A stretch of DNA of 64,000 nucleotides from the IMG/VR virus record IMGVR_UViG_3300035180_000246, positions 9,859-73,858 of that record; one strand, given 5' to 3'. The notes beneath the pieces are model-generated. The model was not told the origin of the DNA and did no database searches. It worked only from the letters and a program-made list of their open reading frames with translations. The stretch is from a virus. Both the position numbers and the translations under genes were made by a program. Shown here piece by piece: positions 35,041-43,099 of this stretch (position 1 is the first letter of the stretch; every line of letters begins with the position of its first letter).

Positions 35041-37626
35041 ATGGCAACTTTTACCATCACATCTACTCAAAATATTGATGCTCTCACAAGCAAAGCTGGT
35101 GGTGATTTATACAATATTAATGGTGGCACTCTTACTATTGATCAACATAGTAGATTTGGGTTAAACAATAATAACTCAAGTGCTACTGCTGCAACTTCAA
35201 TGGGTAATATTACTATTTCCGCTACGTTAGGTGGTACATGTAATATTGATGGTAGAAATGTAAGGTTAATTCCATTTAATAACGGTAGTGGTACTATACC
35301 AGCATTAAATTCTACAGTTACTCAAGGAAGTGCTAGTGGATTATTAATGTGTGTTTATAGTTCATTAACTGCCGCACCGCTTGTAAACGGTGGTACTATG
35401 CCTACTACAGGCTGGATAATGATTAAACAATGGAATAGTACAGAGTATGTATCAGGAGTATTAACACTATCTGGGGTTACATCGAGTGCTACAGGGGCAA
35501 GTACCGTTGGATTCTTAGAGATCATGGGAGATGAGGCATCTACGGTCACTGGTTATAGACTAGGATCGTTTAACGTCTATGGTGCTTGGTATTCTGTCGG
35601 TACTACTAACGGCACATCTAACCAAACTATGCAGATACCTAACAATGGTACACTGAAACATATTGCTGGTGTTTTTATCGAGAAAACTGCTGGTGCTGGA
35701 GACTATGAGTTTTATCCTAATGCAGGTACTGCCACAACTGTTGGAACTGAAGCAGCCAGAGGTAAGGTAGTTTGGATTGATAACACAGGATTAGTGCGTA
35801 TTGGTAACTCTGGTTCTGCTACAAATGGTTATACTCCACCTTCTGGACTTGCTGTTGTTGTAGGTAATGTGTTTTTCTGTAATTGTACAACAGCAGCAAG
35901 AAATGCAGTAGCGATTCCAAATGCTACATTAGCAACAAGATATGACTTTACATCTACTGGTGGTGGTGTTGTTAATATAGATAAGTGTAATATGGAATGG
36001 TATCTATCGCTTACTCAACCTTACTCAGTGGCCTTATCAAATAGTGGATTTGTAGATGCCATTTATCTTGATGAGATAGCCACACCAGTTTCATTTTCAA
36101 AAATTGGTGTGGGTAATAAGCCAACAACAGCATTATCAACTCCAGGTTTAACAATATTGTTTTGTTCTGCTGGTGGGACTATGTCTGATTGTGTGTTTGC
36201 TAGGGTGGATCTTGCCATTTCTGGTGCATATACTTCGGTAATACAAGATATTGCTGGATTTACTTTTAATAATTGTACAATTAGGGCAAATACCAACCAA
36301 GCAAATGCTACTGTTTACTCGATCTATGGAACTCGCATAACTAACTGCACATTTAATAATACAAATATTATAGAAGCATCAATTCAGTTAAGTATGTGCG
36401 ATACTGCAACATTTAATAACACTTCATTCGTTAATGGAGTATCAGGTACAACATCAACTACTTATACAACATACGTATGGTATTTAATGTCAACGACTAA
36501 AAATTGTACACTTAATGGGCTATCTTTACCCGTTGCAAATAATCAACCATATACCGCAATATTGTATGGAAGTTATGGATGTTCTAATATAAAACTAAGA
36601 AATATAGGGACAAGAACATCGCCATTATCATTAGGTACAACAAATGCTTGTGGCTACATTTATAATACAACAAATAACTGTTCAAGTTTCAAAATACAAA
36701 GAGTTTATGTGAGTAACACCAGAACAGGTATTGGATCTAGTGATAACTCGTGTCATGATTGTACCGAACAAAACGTGTTTGGAGATTATGCCGATGCTAC
36801 AGATGTAATGGCAATACTTAATCAAACAAGAATGGGTATGGGTGGTACTGGTGCTTTAACTGCTCAGTTATCAGTATATGGTACACACTGGATGGATTGC
36901 TTTACATCTACTACTGCTGGTCGTATTGCGGTATTGATGAATGAGCCAACAGCAAGTACAACAGGTCAGGTATCACTAACAGGTGGTGCAGCATTTACAT
37001 CTGCTGGTGGATTGTATATGCCAACTGTAGGGCAAAGTGCTACATTTACAATGCCAAACTATTTGCTCGGACATACTCAATATGCTAATAGTGCTTTAGT
37101 AATGGGAAATGCCACTGCTACCAACTACAATTATAATTTTGCTATTAATAAAAATGATGGTGCTGGTTGGTCTATAATGACTACTGCAAACTATACCTCG
37201 ACTACATTAGGTACAGCACTTAACGCGATAGGTGCGCTTGATCCTAGTAAAGGGCATAAACTACAACTGAAGATAACCACAATTACTACAAACACAATAT
37301 CAATTGCTTCTGTGTACATGCCTACAATAAGTACAGCTTCTGCACAAGATTATCAGTATCCATTAGACATTATTACTTTAACTTTAACTGGGTTAGTTCC
37401 TAATAGTGATATTGTTATTCTAGATACTGGTACTATAAATGAACGAGTTAATGTGGATAGTAACCCAACTAATACATATAACTATGTATATTCTAGTACT
37501 GGTGCAGTAGATATTAAAGTGTATAAACAAGGATATGTTCCATTCAGTATCCTAAATTATAGCTTAGGTACAACAGATACAAGTTTACCGATTCAGCAGA
37601 TTATTGATAGAAACTTTTTAGCATAG
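35041..37626 (+). CDS. Putative beta-helix tailspike / receptor-binding protein
   Basis: T/S/G/N-rich; repeated (N/D)CTF(N/S)N-type beta-helix rungs. Confidence 0.7.
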   Translation: MATFTITSTQNIDALTSKAGGDLYNINGGTLTIDQHSRFGLNNNNSSATAATSMGNITISATLGGTCNIDGRNVRLIPFNNGSGTIPALNSTVTQGSASGLLMCVYSSLTAAPLVNGGTMPTTGWIMIKQWNSTEYVSGVLTLSGVTSSATGASTVGFLEIMGDEASTVTGYRLGSFNVYGAWYSVGTTNGTSNQTMQIPNNGTLKHIAGVFIEKTAGAGDYEFYPNAGTATTVGTEAARGKVVWIDNTGLVRIGNSGSATNGYTPPSGLAVVVGNVFFCNCTTAARNAVAIPNATLATRYDFTSTGGGVVNIDKCNMEWYLSLTQPYSVALSNSGFVDAIYLDEIATPVSFSKIGVGNKPTTALSTPGLTILFCSAGGTMSDCVFARVDLAISGAYTSVIQDIAGFTFNNCTIRANTNQANATVYSIYGTRITNCTFNNTNIIEASIQLSMCDTATFNNTSFVNGVSGTTSTTYTTYVWYLMSTTKNCTLNGLSLPVANNQPYTAILYGSYGCSNIKLRNIGTRTSPLSLGTTNACGYIYNTTNNCSSFKIQRVYVSNTRTGIGSSDNSCHDCTEQNVFGDYADATDVMAILNQTRMGMGGTGALTAQLSVYGTHWMDCFTSTTAGRIAVLMNEPTASTTGQVSLTGGAAFTSAGGLYMPTVGQSATFTMPNYLLGHTQYANSALVMGNATATNYNYNFAINKNDGAGWSIMTTANYTSTTLGTALNAIGALDPSKGHKLQLKITTITTNTISIASVYMPTISTASAQDYQYPLDIITLTLTGLVPNSDIVILDTGTINERVNVDSNPTNTYNYVYSSTGAVDIKVYKQGYVPFSILNYSLGTTDTSLPIQQIIDRNFLA

Positions 37627-37639
37627 GGGATACATTTAA

Positions 37640-38986
37640 ATGGCAAAAATTACTGATGGTAATTTGTTAGTAGTAGGTACAGAAATTACCATTGATACTA
37701 CTGCAAAAACTTTTACATTGAATCAATCAGGAAACTTGATTTATAAAGACGGTGTAACATTGCAGGCACTCTACTCAAAGTTTATTAAACTTTGGGAAAC
37801 AAGTTCTTATAACAAATACCCATTTCCAATGTATGTAATTGATGCTAAATCAGGTCAGTTCCAGTTTGGTACAGATGGTGGTAGCTATAATGGTTGGAAG
37901 CCTGCTAATGATACAACACGTCAAGCATTGCGTGATGGTGGTTGGTCTGAATACGATAGTACTGGTAATCTAAATCGTCAACATGTAGGTATCGTATCGT
38001 TAGGTGATGTAAATACTGGTGCTCAATTGTACTATCAAAAAGTACAAAGTGGCGCACCTACTAACTTTACATTTACAGACGAAGTTAACGAGGGTATCCA
38101 GGTATTTGGTGATACCAATAATGGTAATTTTGATAGTCGTGTATATTTCAAAGCATTTGCTAGAGAGTATGCTAAAAAGTATAAATCATCTACACTTGCC
38201 GATACAGCTCAATCAGGTACTGGTGCTTATACTGTAAACGTACTTTTATCTAATGAAGACGATTTAAAAATTCAAGCACCTGATAATTCAATGACATCAG
38301 CACCATATAATAACGTTACTGTGACTTATTATACTACTGACCAGAATAAAGCAATCGGATCAGGCTCATATCCATTTAGAGTAGTTATTGATGGTAATGG
38401 GGCAACACTAGAGCAGATCTATACAAAAGCACAATACCTATTACGCCAAACTACAGATATTGATTCTGGTACTGGTACAGTAATTGGTAAAACTGCTGAT
38501 GAGTTATGCTATTTTGTAGGGGATACACTCGTTACTACTGCAGGTGTGTTTATTACTAACATCCAAGCAGCTGATATTAACAGAATTCAATTTACAGATT
38601 ATACTGGCGTAGTCCGTACATACCCATTCAGTTCTGCTGGTACAACTACATTTAATACACCATTAACTACTGCTGCTGCTGGTTATTACATTATGTATTT
38701 CTTGGATACTGTTACTGGTGATTATGGTACTTCTACTGCTATCACTGTTAATGATGAAGATGGTATACCTATCCAAGGTACAATTACAGGTAGTTCATTA
38801 CCATTTACATTTGATTATGATGGTAATACTCAAGGTGGTCGTACTGCGGGTACTGATGCTCAAATTGTAATTGTAGCAGGTAACAAAGGTTATGCTAAAC
38901 CTGTAGTTGTTCAGGGTACTATTACTCGTGCTAAAGGTATCAGTTTTGGTGCAGTAGCAGAAGCAGACCGTGCTTATATTGGGTAA
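37640..38986 (+). CDS. Putative tail structural protein
   Basis: 448 aa, T/G-rich, in the tail module. Confidence 0.65.
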   Translation: MAKITDGNLLVVGTEITIDTTAKTFTLNQSGNLIYKDGVTLQALYSKFIKLWETSSYNKYPFPMYVIDAKSGQFQFGTDGGSYNGWKPANDTTRQALRDGGWSEYDSTGNLNRQHVGIVSLGDVNTGAQLYYQKVQSGAPTNFTFTDEVNEGIQVFGDTNNGNFDSRVYFKAFAREYAKKYKSSTLADTAQSGTGAYTVNVLLSNEDDLKIQAPDNSMTSAPYNNVTVTYYTTDQNKAIGSGSYPFRVVIDGNGATLEQIYTKAQYLLRQTTDIDSGTGTVIGKTADELCYFVGDTLVTTAGVFITNIQAADINRIQFTDYTGVVRTYPFSSAGTTTFNTPLTTAAAGYYIMYFLDTVTGDYGTSTAITVNDEDGIPIQGTITGSSLPFTFDYDGNTQGGRTAGTDAQIVIVAGNKGYAKPVVVQGTITRAKGISFGAVAEADRAYIG

Positions 38987-38995
38987 ATAAGTTAT

Positions 38996-39493
38996 ATGTC
39001 ATATACATTTGATGGTGTTAGTAAAGTAATTGCTCTCGATGCGGGAGTAGTTACTATGTCTGTTAGGGATGTGTATAGTAGATGGGTAGATTGGTTTATC
39101 AGTACTGGTGGTAATCAAAAGTATTTACCAGCATTCTTAACAGTAGGTGGTGATGTAATTGATGCTACTGCTGGAACTAGTATTCCTGTCTATGGATTTT
39201 TAGTCAATGGTTGGCGAATTAGACCACAAGAAGCAGATCATACATTGATAGTAAATGATGGCATCTTATTGGTTTCTGGTGGGGGTGATCCATTTCTTAA
39301 TACATTAGGAAGTCATGTTGTAAGGATTAACTACCAACAACCAGTGCAAGCAATTACTGTTGATACTGGTGGTAGTGGTAATAGTTACACACTAGAACAG
39401 ATTGCTAATGCTGTTTGGTCTAGTACTAGTAGAACACTCACACAGAAAGTGGCAAGTCCTGGCGATGTTATTGCTGCTGTGTTTGCTAAATAG
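38996..39493 (+). CDS. Putative tail structural protein
   Basis: DVYSRWVDW, GWRIRP, IANAVW..TSRTLT. Confidence 0.65.
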   Translation: MSYTFDGVSKVIALDAGVVTMSVRDVYSRWVDWFISTGGNQKYLPAFLTVGGDVIDATAGTSIPVYGFLVNGWRIRPQEADHTLIVNDGILLVSGGGDPFLNTLGSHVVRINYQQPVQAITVDTGGSGNSYTLEQIANAVWSSTSRTLTQKVASPGDVIAAVFAK

Positions 39494-39628
39494 TTTTAAT
39501 AATTGCAGTTAAGATGTTAAAATAAAGAAAGAAATAGCTAGAAAAGATTTATAGCATCGTAGGTGGTGTCTTAATAACACAGGCTATGTTAGCTGAATCA
39601 ACTGCAAACACATTAACTAAAGGAAACA

Positions 39629-39967
39629 TTGATGGATGATATAACTGAACGGGTCATGCGATTAGAGAATGATTTCGCTCATTTTGATAAAACTTTATCA
39701 AAGCTCGATACGACGATGGAAAAGCAAGTTCAAAGTAATTTAACACTATCACACAGTATTTCTGAACTCACCAGAGAAATCTCACGGAATAGTATGGAAA
39801 ATGAGCAAACGTTTACACGTATCCATAAAAATATCGATACGATGGACACAATGATAAACAGTTTACGTGATGACTATCGAGAGACAAAAACACGCCTTTA
39901 TGCGTATGGTGGCGTACTCACACTTATTGTCGCCCCAGCTATGGCGCTGCTGGTCAAACATCTTTAA
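39629..39967 (+). CDS. Coiled-coil protein with C-terminal TM (holin/antiholin- or XhlA-like)
   Basis: ERVMRLE coiled coil, C-terminal hydrophobic helix; first gene of the lysis cassette. Confidence 0.6.
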   Translation: MMDDITERVMRLENDFAHFDKTLSKLDTTMEKQVQSNLTLSHSISELTREISRNSMENEQTFTRIHKNIDTMDTMINSLRDDYRETKTRLYAYGGVLTLIVAPAMALLVKHL

Positions 39968-39990
39968 CTTAAACACAAGGAAACATACAG

Positions 39991-40284
39991 ATGAAACACT
40001 TTGATAAACGCCTGTTCTGGTTATTCGTGCCAGCAATTGCCTTTCTTTATGCCGTTAACGCCAGCTTGTTATTGGAATTTGTTAGCGTTCTGTCGCTAGG
40101 TATGTTGGTTGCTGGATTGACGCATATTATCCGCAAAATCTTATTACCTTATGTTGATATGGGGGATATGGTAGAACAAGCATCATTATCATCTACAGGT
40201 AGTGGGTTGGTCTTTCTAGGTGCATCTGTGATGGTAGCCTCTTTTGCATTAATGATTAGTATGCTTATGTCAGCAGGGCATTAA
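39991..40284 (+). CDS. Putative holin
   Basis: 97 aa with three hydrophobic segments, immediately upstream of the endolysin. Confidence 0.7.
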   Translation: MKHFDKRLFWLFVPAIAFLYAVNASLLLEFVSVLSLGMLVAGLTHIIRKILLPYVDMGDMVEQASLSSTGSGLVFLGASVMVASFALMISMLMSAGH

Positions 40285-40285
40285 T

Positions 40286-40903
40286 ATGGATGCCTTGCCA
40301 GTCAATGCGCTTACCTATTTGCCAGTTCTTAAACAAGAGCAAGTATCATATTGGCATGAACACTATAAGCCCAGCCTATTAGCTGGACAGGTTGAGCAAG
40401 AAAGTTGTACCTCACTTAAATCCCCCAAATGTTGGTCACCCAATGCAGAGCTTAAGACTGACAGAGAATGGGGAGTAGGCTTGAGCCAATTCACCAAGAC
40501 ACAGTCTTTTGATGCTATTGAGGAGATCAAAGCCAAACATCCAGAAATTAACTGGGGAAACTGGTCGTTTAATCATCCATATCAAGCTAACTATCAGTTG
40601 CGTGGGTTAGTTGTCTATATGCGAGATTTAAGTAGCGAGGTCAAAGGGGCAGAAACACCGAATGATAATTATCAAATGGCGTTATCCGCCTATAATGGCG
40701 GCATTGGTGGGCTACGTAAAGAACGATTAAAGTGTAGCTTACTGCTAACCTGCAACCCCAATATATGGTTTGGCAATGTAGAGTTAAGCAGCATTAAAAG
40801 CCACAAACCATTCAAGGGATACGGTCAAAGTCCATATGATATTAATCGTGGTTACATTGGATTAGTATATAGCCGTGCTGATAAATATGAAGGGCGATAT
40901 TGA
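40286..40903 (+). CDS. Endolysin, SLT-like lytic transglycosylase
   Basis: AGQVEQES (catalytic Glu), GVGLSQF, ALSAYNGG. Confidence 0.9.
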   Translation: MDALPVNALTYLPVLKQEQVSYWHEHYKPSLLAGQVEQESCTSLKSPKCWSPNAELKTDREWGVGLSQFTKTQSFDAIEEIKAKHPEINWGNWSFNHPYQANYQLRGLVVYMRDLSSEVKGAETPNDNYQMALSAYNGGIGGLRKERLKCSLLLTCNPNIWFGNVELSSIKSHKPFKGYGQSPYDINRGYIGLVYSRADKYEGRY

Positions 40904-41379
40904 TGTGGTTTTACCCAATGATTACAGCAGCGGCTATCAGTTTCTTTGCTGGATGGTATGTAAATGGATTAAAGCTTAACGCTGAAATTGCACAACTTCA
41001 TGCTACTTGGAATGAAGCCTACAGCAATCAAGTTAAAGCGACGCTAGACAAAGAACACAATATTAACCAGTTAAACACTACGATAGAGGTGAATAATGCT
41101 ATCAAAGCAAGAGCAATCGATGATGCACATGCTGAAAATATCAAGCTTGCTGCTGATGTTAAGCGGTTGCAGCACGCAGCCAGTGGCAGTAACCGCACCA
41201 TGCCCAAAACTAGTGCTGCCTGCCAGTGTACAAGCTCAACCGCCACAAGCGGATTTTCAGACGAGAGTATCAACATTCTTGTCGAACTGGCAAAAGAAGC
41301 TGATGACGCTGCAAGATACGCAAACACCTGCCATGAATGGGCAGTAGGCGTTACGCAAGAATTAGATAAATCTTACTAA
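40900..41379 (+). CDS. Rz: Inner-membrane spanin
   Basis: N-terminal TM FFAGWYVNG, coiled coil, LA.EAD......C. Confidence 0.85.
   Translation: MMWFYPMITAAAISFFAGWYVNGLKLNAEIAQLHATWNEAYSNQVKATLDKEHNINQLNTTIEVNNAIKARAIDDAHAENIKLAADVKRLQHAASGSNRTMPKTSAACQCTSSTATSGFSDESINILVELAKEADDAARYANTCHEWAVGVTQELDKSY
41096..41347 (+). CDS. Rz1: Outer-membrane spanin lipoprotein embedded in Rz
   Basis: +1 frame; lipobox LLMLSGC followed by a Pro-rich segment; likely start 41120-41129. Confidence 0.85.
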   Translation: MLSKQEQSMMHMLKISSLLLMLSGCSTQPVAVTAPCPKLVLPASVQAQPPQADFQTRVSTFLSNWQKKLMTLQDTQTPAMNGQ

Positions 41380-41401
41380 AGATTGGACAATAAGGGTATG
41401 T

Positions 41402-41938
41402 ATGCTTAAAAAGTATATCGAAGAAGGTTATACATTTACTTATGGTATTGCTTCAGATTATAGTGCTGTAGAGATAACCAATATTATAGATAAGCTTAAA
41501 ATAGCTATGAATAAAATGAATGCAACTCTTACTGTAGATATTATCAAAATTAATATAGATACGTATGTTAAGGAGATACTGAGCAATCGTTATCAAGTTT
41601 TAGCCATGTATGGAGAATCTGAATTAGTTGCTGCTTTTGTTTACACCATTGGTAGCTCTGTAACTTACAATGGTGTAATACCTTGCTTCATATGTAACAC
41701 TGTTTGGGTGTCTGATAGTGTTGTAGCTCATGATGTATTTGACAGACTTAGAAATTTTTTATACAGTATAAACGTGTATTGTATAAAAGTGGTAGATGCT
41801 AGAAAAGGTTTTATAGATGTATTTGATAAAACTAGATTAAGGGAAGGTATGGTAGTAAATGAGTTAAATACATCCGATGTTATGGTATACTTTGATAAAA
41901 ATGATAAAAATACAATAAATTTTATAGTACGAAGGTAG
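41402..41938 (+). CDS. Hypothetical protein, possibly a GNAT-fold acyltransferase
   Basis: Helix-helix then strands ELVAAFVY, CFICNTVWV, helix, CIKVVDARKGF; resembles phage GNAT-like proteins by pattern only. Confidence 0.45.
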   Translation: MLKKYIEEGYTFTYGIASDYSAVEITNIIDKLKIAMNKMNATLTVDIIKINIDTYVKEILSNRYQVLAMYGESELVAAFVYTIGSSVTYNGVIPCFICNTVWVSDSVVAHDVFDRLRNFLYSINVYCIKVVDARKGFIDVFDKTRLREGMVVNELNTSDVMVYFDKNDKNTINFIVRR

Positions 41939-41943
41939 TAGTA

Positions 41944-42255
41944 ATGAATAAAGAAATCCCTCTACAAGAATTTTTAAATATCTTAAAAGAAACTATCGAA
42001 TATGAATCTACAGGTTTAGACTTAGATTTTAGTAACTATTCTACTAATTCTAAGTTAAAAGATCTAAATTTAGATAGCTTAGATACTGCATTAACTTTAA
42101 CTGGTTTAGGTAATTATTTTAATATGCCTAGCGATGCTAATGTAGAAGGTTACTTTCCAGATGTAAAAGGTCCTAAAGCACATCTAACAGTTATGGATTT
42201 AGCTGTTTGGATTAATAAGTATAATAATAATGGAGTAAGTATTGATGTATCTTAA
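41944..42255 (+). CDS. Acyl carrier protein
   Basis: Small and acidic; LKDLNLDSLD phosphopantetheine motif; TVMDLAVWI final helix. Confidence 0.85.
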   Translation: MNKEIPLQEFLNILKETIEYESTGLDLDFSNYSTNSKLKDLNLDSLDTALTLTGLGNYFNMPSDANVEGYFPDVKGPKAHLTVMDLAVWINKYNNNGVSIDVS

Positions 42256-43099
42256 TTCCTATTCTTATACTTTAGATCTTTTAGAATCACGTACTAGTGC
42301 ATCTCCGCTAACTTTTACAGTTAGTAAACTGGTTTCAGATTTTAAGTATACACCTGTAGGTGATAAGGTAGGTACTCTACTTGCTGCAGGTAATAGTACT
42401 TGGGCAGGCACAGAGACTGTATATCTATCTACTATTAGTAAAGAAAGTGCTAGAGTATCTTTTATGCAGCAATCGCAAATAGTAGCAGGAAAGTGGGCTA
42501 AACAACTAAAAGCTACTGATTGGTTAAGTACAGATGGTTCTGCTTGTAGTTCTTTAATCATTACTTTAGATTGGGTTAAATATTTATTTGAATCAAGTAA
42601 GCTTACAGATGCTATTATTATTAGCGCAGATGATGGTACTACTGAACTAGTAAAGCAAGCTTTTACTCAAGCAGGTGTTTTAGGTAAAGCATTTAACGTA
42701 GGTTTTGGTGCTAGTATATTTCACGTATCTGCTAAGCAAACTGCAAATAGTATATGTAAGATATCTAATGTAGTTAATAAATATGCAATTGCTAATACTT
42801 TGGTAGATGTGTGTGAAGAAGGGTATACTAGTGTTATTACTAAAGATTTACCTTTAAACTATGTAAAGATGCATGATACCAATACAGAATCAAATAAGGT
42901 AGAATTGGTAGCTGTTAATGTAGCGTATCCAGGATGTGATACATTAAGCTTTAAACAGGAAATAGGACACACTATGGGAAGTTCTACAGGTGTAGAATTA
43001 TGCCTATGTTTAGATAGGTATCCAAATAGTAATATATTGCATTTAAGTGCAGGTATGGGTGGAATGTACGGATCTTTTTTTACGGAGAAACTTAACTAA
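42242..43099 (+). CDS. Minimal beta-ketoacyl-ACP synthase (FabF/FabB-like)
   Basis: SACSS (Cys), FNVGFGAS, YVKMHDTNT..N..E (His), SFK..IGHTMG (Lys, His), SAGMGG. Confidence 0.88.
   Translation: MMYLNSYSYTLDLLESRTSASPLTFTVSKLVSDFKYTPVGDKVGTLLAAGNSTWAGTETVYLSTISKESARVSFMQQSQIVAGKWAKQLKATDWLSTDGSACSSLIITLDWVKYLFESSKLTDAIIISADDGTTELVKQAFTQAGVLGKAFNVGFGASIFHVSAKQTANSICKISNVVNKYAIANTLVDVCEEGYTSVITKDLPLNYVKMHDTNTESNKVELVAVNVAYPGCDTLSFKQEIGHTMGSSTGVELCLCLDRYPNSNILHLSAGMGGMYGSFFTEKLN

Noticed and set aside
39518-39531. AATAAAGAAAG matching the early promoter-like motif
   Set aside because: Lacks the flanking GCATC/hairpin context, would fire antisense to tail genes, and is plausible by chance in AT-rich DNA
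41944-43099. Host contamination or a complete fatty-acid operon
   Set aside because: The genes overlap each other and the portal start, match phage composition, are highly diverged, and no other fab genes are present
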